Shown here in pieces: positions 1 through 17,349 of a stretch of DNA of 64,000 nt; positions within the stretch are counted from its first letter, which is position 1, and each line of letters opens with the position of its first letter. The notes beneath the pieces are model-generated. The model did no database searches, was not told where the DNA came from, and worked only from the letters and a program-made list of their open reading frames with translations. This DNA is from Neocallimastix sp. 'constans' (taxonomy: Eukaryota): positions 434,001-498,000 of the forward strand of contig JBODTK010000010.1 of NCBI GenBank assembly GCA_050613775.1. Direction: 5' to 3'. The translations under genes and the position numbers were made by a program.

Positions 1-1170
1 TACAAATATGATTAAAAAATGGACAATCAATTAACCAATGACTTATCCATTGTTTATTACTTTTACAACAGGGACAAAAATTAGGACACATTTGATCTAC
101 TATTTTTGCAGCTTTAGCAATTCTAGCATCTAATCTATATCCGCTTCGTGCTCTCAATAGCCAATAGAAACTATATGAAAGATCAGGATATTCATAACAA
201 AGTTTAATAAATTTTGATGTTTCTTCGAATTTGTATTTATCATAAAACTCAGCTTTTATAGAATTGATTTTCAAATCTCTTTACCAATAAAAATCCTTGA
301 TTTTATTATCGTTATTACCTCTTTTCTCTAGTTTACGTTTAAGAGTTCTATGCATAAGTAGAAAAAAAAAAGTTTTTTTTTTTTTTTAATATAAAAAATT
401 ACAGTTATGATTTATACAAAAAGATAAAGATTGCATTAAAAATTGAAAAGTAATTTAGATTTTATTATTATACTATTGATATCAGAATGGCTTGAAGCAA
501 GTTTTTTATAGTGATTGTGCCATACTTCTAACTGTTCTTTAGTAGAAGTAGCTAGTTTACCATTTTTGTACTTTACTGGAGAATTTGACATATTTTTAAA
601 TTTATCTACTTTTGCTGTTGTTTTAAGTCATTTCCAAGCTTTCTTAGGGTTATGAGATTTCATATATTCACATCCTGTATTGATCCAATGTTGGTATTTA
701 GTTTTCCTATAAATATTATACTTATGATGAATAATTTTGCACATTCTATTATATTTTTCAATTAATTCTTCAAATTCATCTATAATAAGAACCTCTTCTT
801 TTAATGGATTTATATAATTTCATTTTGAGTTTTTGCAAATTAAATATTTTCTGCGACATATGAAAAAAAGATTTTCGAACTTCTGAAATTGACGTGATAT
901 TAAGTTCCTTAGCAATATTGAATGAAGTTGAAATAAATTTCTTAGAAATATCATCAATACTAATATTAGGATCTGGAATCACTTCCTCTAATACACTAAA
1001 ATAGTTGTTGTCAAAAATTGATTCTTTTTCATTTATACATTTAATCTATCCCCTTTAACTGTCTTTTTAGGCAGAGAGAAAGAATTATCTGAATTAACTG
1101 ATGAAATACATTTACCTTTTATTAATAAAGGTTTATGATCCGAAATGGGGGGAAAGTCAACAAAATTAGT
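1..1170 (-). mobile_element. Decayed APE-type non-LTR retrotransposon (LINE) ORF2 remnant lacking the RT core
   Basis: Manual minus-strand translation gives the endonuclease C-terminal motif ISDHKPL (~1125-1146), a linker (ORF 776-982; ...HWINTG...KKAWK*LK...EQLEVWHNHYKKLAS), then a jump to the C-terminal CCHC knuckle FCPCCKSNKQWISHWLIDCP (CX2CX8HX4C, ~20-80). Stops and frameshifts are present. Confidence 0.75.
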
Positions 1171-1594
1171 AAAGAGTTAAATAAATTACTACAAGATTTA
1201 GAGTGAATCAATCTCTTACAACGTGATACATGAAATATATAGTTGAAATACAATTGAATACAATAGATTCTTACATGAGAATAGTAATACTACATGAAAA
1301 TAGAAATACAATGAAAATGTATTACTAATTCTTGGGTGTAACTTATTTAACAATGTTCCAAAAATGCACCATTATATTCCGCAGTGAATGTTCACCAGAA
1401 AAATTTTACCAATAACATTACCATTGCGCATAATGTTATTAATTAACACAAAATATAACTTTACTACTATTTTGCACCAGTACTGTGGATCTACTTTATA
1501 AGAGTAAAGTTAATTCCCCTTGCAGGCGATTTAAATACATAAATCGAGTACACCCCTGCTCGGGGAATTACTAGGATCAAATAAAAAAAAAAAA

Positions 1595-1853
1595 ACACTG
1601 AAGAACATTGAAAAAGCTCAATCTGCTTTTAATTGAGGTTTGTTTTAGAGTTTTTTTGGGTTTAAAAATAAGATTTCTAATACTACTATTTATGATATAT
1701 CTTAAGGAATTATTTTATACCAAAAAACTTTATAGCTAGTTTTTCGTACTAAGAGCGATGATTTGATGTTTTAAAACGTGGAAAGAATTTTCTTGTATTA
1801 TTTTTTTTTTCGTTTAATTAAAAATATTTTAACACTTTCATATTATCCTTGGT

Positions 1854-1898
<45 letters not shown>

Positions 1899-2520
1899 AT
1901 CACGTAAATTAACAATATACAAACACAGTAATAAACATTCTGGAGAAATATGAAAAGTTTTAACTTGGAAAATGTTCATTATTCAAGTACTCCTTCGATT
2001 AGATCAAGGAAATACAAGAAGTTTAAATTTGATTTTTTAAAAAAAAAAAATTTATACAATGTCTATCACTAAAATATTTCACAATCTTTTTCTTGGGTTT
2101 TTTTAAGAATTGGACGAAAAATTAAATGTGAATTCAAATTTGAAGTGAAAGTCTTATGTTAAAAAAATAAATTGATATATCAGATGATTGCCCAATATGC
2201 TGCCCTTGTTGTGATGAAAATGATAACATATTTTATATGGGGCTTGTGGAATTCCTTATTCCTTACTAAATTATATGCCTATTGTGATTAGTGAATTTTT
2301 TACACTATGAATCAATTTGTATATATACATTAATTGGATCTACCATTGTCAATAGCATCGACGTCGAAACGATGAGGTGAAGAATCCACATGGAGTTATC
2401 ATCGATGAATGAGAAGAGTTAGAGGCCATTTTTCTCCTCAAAACTCATAAGATAGTTTTTCAATACTAATGTAAAAAATTTTCATGTAATTTTTTAATAA
2501 ATATTAATCAATAAAGTTTA
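1595..2520 (+). mobile_element. Decayed LINE ORF2 3' region plus 3' tail
   Basis: Broken plus-strand reading with CFKTWKEFSCII, YYPWSK and SDDCPICCPCC (2180-2212), paralleling MCPNFCPCC in the element at 1-1170. It ends ...SIDVETMR*, followed by a tail also seen at 12040-12340 and 34043-34105. Confidence 0.6.
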
Positions 2521-3338
2521 TTCCTAATCTATTATAAAAAAAAATATTATTTATTATCTTCAATATCAACATAATTATCATGCGAAGTTAATAGAATAAA
2601 TTTACTTTAGTTAAAAGAGAAAAAAAAATCAACGGTATTTATCATATAATATGACTATATTATAACATTTTATAAAAATTCATAATAATAATAATATATT
2701 TATATTTGAGGTAATATGAGGAAAAAAAAAATATTTATATATATATATATAAATATTTTTTTTACTATATTTCTTCATATATATTATGCATTAAAAAAAT
2801 ATTTTAATTAGTATAAAGAATTCAATATTTTCATTTTTTTATTTAAATTAATAAAAATAATTATATATAAAACCATCAAATTATTCAAACTATATATATC
2901 GTATATGGAAGTATACATTGAATTTTGTAATTATTCATTAAATATTCACACAAAACGGAACAATTAATGCAAAAATACAAAAATTATATAATCCATAAAG
3001 CACAATAAATTATTTTTTATATTTTTTATTTTATATTTTTTTTATTTTGTTTTATTAATTATTAATTATAAGCGCTCTATTTAAATATACACTTTTTTTT
3101 TTTTTTTTGTATGTAAATTATTAATTCTGTATTTATGAAAAATAACTATATATCTTTAAAAAGATAGTATATATTTACTTCATAACTTGGTATAAATTTA
3201 TTATTATAATTAATTTTAATATTATTATTTAAATAATTATTTTTTTTTTTTTAACTATTATATACATTTTTTTTTTTTAATTAATGCTGATAATTTTAAT
3301 TTTTAATTTTTAATTTTTAATTTATTTATTTATTTAAT

Positions 3339-4628
<1,290 letters not shown>

Positions 4629-6307
4629 TTACTAATTATGAATCTTAATTTGTTTATACTTTGCTTTTTTTTTTTTTTTTTTTAATTATTAAATTTTTAT
4701 TTTAACAAATATCAAGTTATTTTGATATTAAATAATTGATTTTATTGTTATTTTATTAATTAATTATTTGTTAATACAAAAAAAATGAAATTATTTTTGG
4801 AGGAAAATTTACTCATTTTTATATAATTTAGTACTAATGTTTTTTAAGGTTATCAATTTCTTATTTGATTTTAAATAATGATCTTCTATATTAATCCATA
4901 ATTTTTTTTTTCTTTTTTATTATTATATTTTTATTTTAATAAAAAGAAATTAGATCAAACTTTTTTTTTTCAAATAACAATATAAATGTCAATTTTAGTT
5001 TACTTTCAGCCAATGAAATAAATTCATTTATTTTTAAAATTTTTAAAATTTTTTTGAAATTAAGTTAATATTTGTTTATTCTGAACAAATAAAATATTAA
5101 AATTTTTAATACAATCATCAATGTTACACTCATTTTTAATTAAATTTAAAGATAATTTTTGAGTTAAAAAAAGGTTAAATGGATAATTAACCTGATGAAT
5201 AAAAGATTAATATAAGATTTTTATTTTTTATTATATATATAACTTATAATTATATTGTGAAAGAAAAAAAATAATAAAAATAAATAAATATATATATATA
5301 TATATAATTTTTTAAAGCATGTTGACTTGTTTATACATATTTTATTATAAAAGTTTTTTTTTTCTAAATATTTTTTTTTATTAGTTCTTTTGTATTAATG
5401 AATATATATTAAAATTAAAGTTTAGTATTTTAATTAAGTCTTGTTTAATTAAGATTTGTATTTATTAAATTAAATACATTATTTATAATTTTGTACAATG
5501 TAAAATTATATGTGGCGTTTAAATGATGTAAATTATGTATTACAATTGTAATTAATATAGTTAATATGGGAATAGTTCATTTCTCAATCGTGCATTAAGT
5601 AATATGGCTTATAAATATTTAAAATAGAGCCATACATTAAGATATTCTATACAATCATAAATAAATATATAAATAAATAAATAAATATTTAAATATATAA
5701 TTAAATAAATATATTTTTATAATTAAAAATTATTAAATAACAATTTCAATAGAAATAATAATATATTCTATTAAAAAAGAAATATAAAAAATTATTTTCA
5801 CAATATTAATAAATTATATATAAAAAAAAATATTCATTATTATTTATTATTTATTTAATTATTAAAAACATGCCATATGATAAAATACTCCACATTATGA
5901 AATGCACTACATTCATTAATATAGTTAAACTTTATTTATGTTTATACATTTTGTAAAGGATTATGATAATTAATCCTATTATTAAATAATTAAAAAATAA
6001 AATTATTAAAATAACAATAAAAATAAAATAAAGTGATCACTTAATGAAAACTAAACAATAATACAAAAATATAAAAACATATTACATCTTTTTAAATATT
6101 TTATATATTATATTTAATCAGGATTAATTTTATAGTATGATTAAATTTGTGCTGTACTATAATTATAAAAAGTTAAAAATAATAAATTCTCCAATAATTT
6201 TAAAATTGTTATTAAAAACTATTATTATTTTTTCTTGGTAACAAATATGAATAGAATATTAATAAATATTAATAATTAAAAATAATATAAAAATAAATAT
6301 TAACAAA

Positions 6308-6340
<33 letters not shown>

Positions 6341-6923
6341 TATAATATAGTAATGAATGAAGAGACAGAGATAAAAAGTATCCATTAAATATTCAAATCT
6401 TTTAAAATTAAGCACATTTTTATTTTTTTTATTCTTAATTTTTTTTTTTTTTTGGCATTATTTCCTTTCTATTATTATTTAATTGTAAATTTAATGCTGA
6501 AGTATAATATATATATTATAAAAATGCTGTTTAACTTTGCTTTATTGATATTTAATTATATATAAAAACATAAAAAGATTATTAAAAAGATAATTTTTTT
6601 TCACAGTTGATTCCATAAAAATAGTATTTATTTTAACACTTTTATTATTTTAATATATATAAAGTATCACTAAACATAATTTTTGTATCATATATATTAC
6701 ATAAAACTAATATATACCAAAACAATATTGTCACAAAATTTTATTTGTATACATAATTAAATAAAAATGGCAATTCTATCATTTATTAATCTTTATTTAT
6801 TCTCTATATATATTTAATTTTTTTTTCTATTTTAAAATTTATTTTATATTTATTTATTTAGTTTTATATATTAATACATATGAAAGTGTTTGAAATAAAA
6901 AATATAGTATAATTATATATTTA

Positions 6924-7119
6924 AACAATGTCAAATATCAGATAGTATTTAAATAAAATTTGTATAATATTATTATTTTATATTATTAATTACAATAATC
7001 ATTATTATTATCTATAAAATTAACAATGTCAAATATCCGATAGTATTTAATTAAATTTTGTATAATATTATTATTTTATATTATTAATTATAATATTTAT
7101 TATTATTATCTATAAAATT
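6924..7119. repeat. ~99-bp tandem duplication just downstream of MET17 copy 2
   Basis: Two units beginning aacaatgtcaaatatc(a/c)gatagtatttaa and ending attattatctataaaatt. Confidence 0.8.
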
Positions 7120-7154
7120 AAATCGAAATTAATAAACTAATTTTCTAATTTTTT

Positions 7155-8468
<1,314 letters not shown>

Positions 8469-10056
8469 TTTATATATATATTTATATATATATTTTTGTT
8501 GTATATTTATTATTTTATTTCTAGTATTATATAATATTATTTACTTATTTATATATTATTACTTATTTGTTCAATTAATTTATTTATTCTATTTATTTAT
8601 TATTAAATTTAATTATTTTAGTAATTATAAAATTTATGAATATTATATTAAATATATTTTTTATTTTTTTTTATTTTTTTAATTTTTTAAATTTTTAATT
8701 GAAATGTTATTTAATTATTTTAAAATTATATAATATTATTAAATATTAAAAATAAAATAAAATAAAATAAAATAATTAAACTTTATAATAAATAATTTTA
8801 TTATTAATTAGAAAAAAAAAAAAATGAAAAAAAGATTTTTTTTGCAATTATTTTAAAAAAAAAAAGATTAAAAAATTAAAAGAGTTAATTAAAGTTAATC
8901 TTCATCCAATATTATTTCTTAAATTTTAAAAATAATTTGTTAATATTAGTTAATATTTATCCAATATAATTTGTACATCTTCTATGTTATCAAGTTGGAA
9001 TTGTTATATTGTTACACAAATTGTTATAATTTTTATTTATTAATAAAATATTTATTTATTTATAATATTTATTTATTTATTTATTTATAATATTTATTTA
9101 TAATATTTATTTATTTATTTATTTATTTATAATATTTATTTATTTATTTATTCATTTATTCATTTATAATATTTATTTATAATATTTAATGTTTATTTTT
9201 TATTTTTATTTTTATTTATAGTACTCAATGTTTAATACTAAATAATTGAAAAATTAATTCTATTTATATATTGTTTATTTAAAAAATAAAAGAAATAAAT
9301 AAATAATATATCAATAAATACTAAATAAAAATAATTTTAAAAAAATAAAAATAAATAAATACAAAATAAAAAATAAAACTGAATATTTCAATTTATAAAA
9401 TTTATATGAATATAAAATTATATATTTATATTATATAAATTTAAATTTTTACATGAAAAGAATATATACTTCTTTTTTCAATATTTACCATCATCATCAT
9501 CTTTTTTTTTTTTTTTTTTTGATAAATTTTCAAAATTCAATTTTGTATTTTTTTCTTTTTTAATTGTTCACCAAATTCTCTGTAAATATTATTTAATTAA
9601 AAAAATTTTTTTTTAAATATTTAATACGAATAAATATAATAAATTATTATTATTATTTTTTTTTTATAATAATTTTTCAGCTTATGAATAATAAAAATTA
9701 TTTTGTTCTTGATTTCTTTAGATAATTTATTTATTTATTTATTTACTAATAATTTTAATTATTAAAAATGGATTTTAATTGAGCAATATTAAAGAAAAAA
9801 ATAAAAAAACTATCAAATAATTCAAGATTTAAAATATTTAAAAATAATAATTCTTTAAAACAACAAAAATAATATAATTTTCAATTTTTTTTTTTTAATT
9901 AAATAAGTAAAGGTTATGAAAGTTTTTTATAATAATAAAATATATATATATAAAATGTGATGTAGTAAAAATACGAAAAAATAATAATTGATAATATTAG
10001 ATATATTTTAAATATTTTATATTAAAAATTTTATAGTATTGAAAATATTACATATT

Positions 10057-10100
<44 letters not shown>

Positions 10101-10102
<2 letters not shown>

Positions 10103-10164
10103 TATCTTATACACTTATTAAAACTATATAAAACTATATAATTTTAATTAGTGTATAAGGTACT
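10101..10164. repeat. Fold-back palindrome (30-bp arms, 3 mismatches) extended by poly(T)/poly(A)
   Basis: agtatcttatacacttattaaaactatata (10101-10130) versus tatataattttaattagtgtataaggtact (10135-10164). Confidence 0.8.
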
Positions 10165-10190
10165 AAAAAAAAAAATATTATTGTTATTAA

Positions 10191-10426
10191 TACAATAAAA
10201 TTTAAAATATTAATTTTTTTTTTTTTTTTTTAAATATATAATAGTTTTATAAATTACTCTATATATATATATATATTAAATATATATATTTAATAATTAA
10301 TTAGATTACAATAAAATTTAAAATATTAATTTTTTTTTTTTTTTTTTTTTTAAATATATAATAGTTTTATAAATTACTCTATATATATATATATATTAAA
10401 TATATATATTTAATAATTAATTAGAT
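10191..10426. repeat. ~120-bp tandem duplication
   Basis: Two near-identical units tacaataaaatttaaaatattaa(t)n aaatatataatag...aattagat. Confidence 0.8.
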
Positions 10427-10439
10427 TGCAAAACTAATT

Positions 10440-11590
10440 TGATGGCATTTTCAATATTAGGATGTACAGTTAAATTATTATTGTATGATAAATTTGGTGA
10501 AATATGTTGTAATGGGAATAAATCAGTACTGACATTTACTTGATTATAACCCATTGAAGGATTATTATTACGATTTGTTTTTAAAGAATTCAATAAAATT
10601 TTATTTAGTGATTTTAATTCTGTTGCATTTGAAATATTAACCTGTGAAGTTAATTTGGTGGCTTTTTCAATATTAGGATATACAGCTAAATTATTATTAC
10701 ATGATGAATTTGGTGAAGTATGTTATAATAGAAATTTTAATAAACCAGTATTGATATTTACTTGATTATAACCCATTGAAGGATTATTATAATAAGGTTG
10801 TTCACAATTATTATTATTATTTTTACTTTTTTTAGCAGGATTACCATTTGGTCCATTGCTTTTTCTTTTATTAGATTTGTTTTTTCTTCGATCTCTCCTT
10901 CTCTTTTCGTAATTTCTTCCCTTAATTCTTTATCTTTTTTAGGTGGAAAATTAAAAGAAGTACTGTTCTTGAAATTCTCAATATTTTCAGTTACTTTTCT
11001 AAATTTTAAATCAAGTTTAATTTCTGATTTAAAATTATTTCCATCATGGAAAGAGTTATAATAATAAAATAGTTCATCTTTAGCTATTTCATTATTTTTT
11101 TGAACTCTTTAACTTTTTCATATAATATAACTTTTTTTACCATTATTTTTAGTAAATCCTTCTTTCCTAGTCATTATAGTAAATAGGTTTGTTCTGTAAT
11201 ACGTAATATTATTATCCTCCTAAACTGTAATAATAACAATTTGAGTGATAAAATACCAGCAATCCGTTTTTAAACTATTTTTTGGTAAACCAATTTCTAA
11301 TTTATTATTTTTTATACTATGGAGATTTTCATAACATTTAATAAAATAGTTTTTTGAAATAAACTCTTGTTTATTTAATTCTTGTTTATTTAATTTATCA
11401 TAAATTTTTTGAAAATTAATATCTGATTTGGAATTCCCTCTTGCCTTTATGATATACAATTTACTATTTTCATTTATTTCTTCATTGGGTATATTTCTTA
11501 TATCTATTGTTACAGGAATTGTAAGCGAATTTCTATATTTTTCTTATTATAAAAAGCTTTAATTACCTTTCCATCCAAGTTTAATAAATT
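10440..11590 (-). pseudogene. Decayed coding remnant of unknown family
   Basis: Coding-like composition. ORF 11220-11459 is bracketed by in-frame stops with plausible protein on both sides (LGWKGN*KLF...IRLQIPVTIDIRN; *EDNNITYYRTNLFTIMTRKEG). There is an internal duplication (~10448-10567 / ~10665-10788). Confidence 0.45.
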
Positions 11591-12039
11591 ATAATTATTA
11601 TTATTAATAATTCTATCTCTTATTATTATTAATAAAATCTAACCATTATATGATTTATTTAATTATTCACTTAATAATTAATTTAAAAATTGAAATAACA
11701 AAATAATACAATAAAATAATATTAAGTAGTATATTACAGCTAAAGCCACATATTTGTATATATCACGTAAAATTGGTGTTATTTATATGTCATCATACGT
11801 TTTGTATCTCCTTAAGAAACATGCCATACACGCTCAACCCTCTCAGGCCCGCAAGAAGTGTAAATCAATGAAAGTTGAATTAGAGATATAGGGTATCAAA
11901 TGGGTATAATACTTACCTGAAAACCCTAACTACCTAATAACGAAAAACCAGTGGAAAAAACGCTACAGGAATAGGGCGGGTCGAATCAGGTACCTTATTC
12001 TCTCAAAGCTTACGCTTTAACAACCAGGATAAAACATGG

Positions 12040-12340
12040 TTTTATATTTTATGGGGTTTGCAGAATTTCTTACTAATTTTTTGCCTATTGTGATTAGTGA
12101 ATTATTACACTATGATCAATTTGAATACTTTTAGACCTACCGTTGTCGTTGTCATAGTCATAAGCATCGACTTCGAAATGATAAGGAAAAGAAGAAATTC
12201 TGATACAAACTTAAAAGATAATTTTTATCTATATAGAGTTATCATCTATGAATGGGAAGAGTTAGAGGCCATTTCATCCTCGAAATTCATAAGATAATTT
12301 TTTAATATTAATGTAAAAAAATTTTATGTAATATTTAATT
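12040..12340 (+). mobile_element. 5'-truncated LINE 3' end (same family as 1595-2520)
   Basis: Aligns by eye with 2228-2490 (gcctattgtgattagtgaatt...acactatga; agcatcgac.tcgaaa; gaagagttagaggccattt...cctc). Confidence 0.65.
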
Positions 12341-12619
12341 TTAATGTATTTGTTTAATGAATATTATTAAATAAAGTTTATTCTTAATCTATTAAAAAAA
12401 ATTATATATATATATAAATATATAACACATAATATATTAAATTATAAATTTATAACATTTTATTTTATTAATAATTTTTTTTTTTTTAAAAAAAAAAGAA
12501 AAAAATTTATTTTATATATTATTATTTAATAATTACATATTTAAAAAAATTAAACATATAATTTTTATAATTTATTTATTAAATTAAAAAAAAAAATTTT
12601 TTTTTTTTATTTATCAAAT

Positions 12620-13429
12620 TCACTCATAAAATTTCTTTATTCTAAGAGATGTATAGGGTTTTAATTCTCTCACACTTGTGGCTTTATTTAAATTCAAATC
12701 TGCGATTACTAATTCTTCTTTATCTCCAGCGAGAGCAATACATTGACCATTATAATCGGTGACAATAGATTCTCCAGAAAATTCCATTTCTCCTTCAACC
12801 CCGACTCTATTACACATAGCAATATTTACACTATTTTGAAATGCTTGGATTTTTACTTCCCATTGAAATAATTCAGAAGGCTCTTCCTTTGTATTTGCTG
12901 TTGGAATAATAATTAATTCTGCTCCTCTTAGTGCTTCCGTACGTATACTTTCAGGATAATGTCTATCAAAACATACGACAATACCAATTTTTCCAAGTCG
13001 AGTATCAAAGACATGAAAGCCTTCTTCAGATGGTGTATAATAATCTTGTTCATAAAATTTTTCGCATTGAGCGATATGAACCATTTTTTGCTTCCCAATA
13101 ATATGACCCTCATCATCAATTAATAAACTCATATCATAATGTTTTCCATTTTCCTCTATATAAAAATTTGGTGAAGCATGTAATTTTAATTCTTTACATA
13201 ATGAACATACTTTCTTAACATATGGGCTATCGATATTTATAACATATGATGAAACATCTTTCTTTGGATATTGCGCAAAAAAAGGTGATAATTGAACTTC
13301 TGGAAAGCATATTAAATCTACACCTTTCATAGATGCCTCTTGCATCCTTTTAATTGTTTTGATTAAATTTTCATTCATATCAGATGTCATTTGCATCTGG
13401 GCTAATGCAATCTTTATAGATCTATTCAT
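12620..13429 (-). CDS. Carbon-nitrogen hydrolase (nitrilase superfamily; N-carbamoylase/beta-ureidopropionase-like), 269 aa, intronless
   Basis: Glu-Lys-Cys triad motifs LICFPE, GKQKMVHI and VVCFDRHYPE, plus IALAQM, NRVGVEG and FSGES. Single exon. Confidence 0.9.
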   Translation of the reverse strand: MNRSIKIALAQMQMTSDMNENLIKTIKRMQEASMKGVDLICFPEVQLSPFFAQYPKKDVSSYVINIDSPYVKKVCSLCKELKLHASPNFYIEENGKHYDMSLLIDDEGHIIGKQKMVHIAQCEKFYEQDYYTPSEEGFHVFDTRLGKIGIVVCFDRHYPESIRTEALRGAELIIIPTANTKEEPSELFQWEVKIQAFQNSVNIAMCNRVGVEGEMEFSGESIVTDYNGQCIALAGDKEELVIADLNLNKATSVRELKPYTSLRIKKFYE

Positions 13430-14631
13430 TGGTAATTATTTTACTAAAGATTTATTAATATAAATATATATATTTAATTTTTTTAATAAAAAAAGATGGA
13501 AAATAAGATAAAAACTTTCTAAAAATTAAATTATAATAAATATTGATTCTTTGATTTTATTATATTGTTTAATCCTAGATACCGAATATTAAAATAAAAA
13601 AATAATATTATTTTATGACTGATATTATTTAAATAATATTATTTAAAATTATTTTCTATTATCATTTAAAAATGATTGATTATGGATTATTTTTTTTCTT
13701 TTATTTGTTTTATTATATATATATTTGTTGTTATTATTTATATATTGCAAATTTTTGTTAATAATTAACAAATAAGTTTTATATTGTTTATTACTTATTA
13801 TTTTATTTATTTATTTATTTTTTTAATTTCTTAATATTAAAATTTAAAGATTAAAAATAAAAATAATAAATAATAATAATAACTATTAACTTTATTTTAA
13901 TATTTTTAATTATGTATATTCATTATAAATTTTAATTAATATTTTAAAAAGGTGAAAATTTTAATTTATAAATATTATATATCAAAAATAATATATTTTA
14001 ATATATATTAAAATATATATAAACAAATATAATAACATATATTTTTTATAATAGGAATAAAAATAAATTAAAAATGAAAAAAGAATGTATATTTATATAT
14101 TTATATACTTAGTATAAATTATTATGTATCCATTTTTTTTTTTCTAATAAAATTTCCAAATTTTTATTTGTTAAGAATACACAAATAAATTTATATTTGA
14201 TTTACATAATATTGTTATTAAAAAAAGAAGATATTAACTAATATTTAAATGCAATAATAAAATAATGATATTTTAGTTTAAAAAAAAATATACTTAAGAT
14301 AAAAAATAAAATATTATTAATATTAATATTAATATTACAAAAAAAAAAAAAAAAAAAAAAGTAAAAAAAAAAAAAAAAATCATTTTCTATTAATTATTAA
14401 TTAAGAATTTTAAATTTATATAAAAATACCAATTTTTCTTTTTTGATTTTAATTTTCATTATTGATTAAATATCAAATTAAATATCTAAAATAATTACTT
14501 ATTAACAAGTAAAAAATTTTTAATATAATTAAAGAAAAATAAATTTCTTTAAATATAGCGTATAATTAAAATAAAAATAAAAATAAATTATAATATTCAT
14601 TAAATAAATAAATTAAATTAAAGTTATTTAA

Positions 14632-15924
<1,293 letters not shown>

Positions 15925-16559
15925 GTTATTATTAATTAATGTCATAAACATACAATAACTAAAATCTTATATATTATCAATATCATTAATATCATCATAT
16001 CTATATAAAGTATTCTATTATTTATTTTTTGAGTTTTTTTTTAATTAAGATAACTTATAATGAAATAAGTTATCTAATTTAAAAAAAGAAAATTAAGAAA
16101 ATATTTTAAAAAATATATCTAATTAAGAAATTTTTTATAATATTATAAAATTGAAAAATCATAATTTATCTAAATCAAAAAAACATTTTTATATTAAAAA
16201 ATAATTAAATATATAACCAAATAATTAAATAATTAAATAAAAATTAAAGAGAAATAAAAAATGTAATAAATATTAAATAGGTATATATTTGTATTTATGT
16301 AAATATATATATTAAATATTAAATTAAATAAAATTATCAAAAAAATTATATAATAAATATGTTATATGTGTAAATTTATTTTTATGTTAATTTGTTTATT
16401 TCATTTTTTTTTTTTTTTTTATTAATTTCAATTAATTATGAATATTAATTATGATAATTAAAAATCATAAATATTTCTTTAAAATTATTAATTTTTGTTT
16501 CCTTTGTCCTTAATTCTGTTCTTTTTATATGCATTTAAATAAAAAAAAAAGAACTGAAT

Positions 16560-16730
16560 CATATAAAAAAGATGACTGAAAAAGCTCAAACTGCATATAT
16601 AGTCAAGATTTGGTTTGGAGTTTTGTGTTAAAAAATAGGGCCTCTATTTTTAATACGTTTAAGCTAATTTTTTTGTGATTAGTGATGATTCAATTCTTTT
16701 AAAAAGTTATATTTTTTTGTGTTTCGTTTT

Positions 16731-16776
<46 letters not shown>

Positions 16777-17120
16777 ATTAATTAATCATAGAAAATTTAA
16801 AATTTAATGCAATAAAGAATAAAAATAAGTTCAAAAGTTATTAAAATTTTCGGTGTGATGTCCATAATATACGGAAAACAGTAGACTCCTGTGAACTTTT
16901 TAGGATTTGTTCACTTAAATGTTTCCGTTTCCCCAGAATCAAATTGTAGACTCATCTAAAGTTGAGATTCCACAAAGAAAGAATATATAAATATACTTAT
17001 TTATGAAGTTTTCATATTCAAAAAATATTAGAATAAACGATATGAAGACACAATAATAAACTTTTTGGCTAAATATGGAAGTTTTTATTGGAAAATACTC
17101 CTTCAGATTAGATCAATTAA
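16560..17120 (+). mobile_element. Diverged LINE internal fragment
   Basis: Similar to 1610-1790 (gaaaaagctcaa.ctgc...ttt.gagtttt) and to 1920-2005 (acaca.taataaac...aaatatg.aagttt...tactccttc.gattagatcaa). Confidence 0.5.
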
Positions 17121-17123
17121 ATT

Positions 17124-17194
<71 letters not shown>

Positions 17195-17223
17195 AAATAA
17201 AATAAAGTAATAAGTGTAAATGC

Positions 17224-17349
<126 letters not shown>

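Noticed and set aside
2360..2450. Hammerhead ribozyme (GAAAC and GATGAG words; CCTCGAAAC in the sister copy)
   Set aside because: No CUGANGA core positioned before stem II on either strand.
5508..5518. Met31/32-like TGTGGC sulfur-regulon site upstream of copy 1
   Set aside because: Only a 6-nt match, not seen consistently upstream of the other copies, with no paired TCACGTG; yeast motifs may not apply to this lineage.
11909..12085. U1 snRNA or U1-derived SINE (ATACTTACCTG, a possible closing helix with GGGGTTTGCAG, Sm-like AATTTTTTG)
   Set aside because: No paired stem-loop I or II and no AUUGCAC loop. The Sm-like part lies in LINE ORF2 sequence, and the 11-mer is equally a consensus splice donor on the minus strand.
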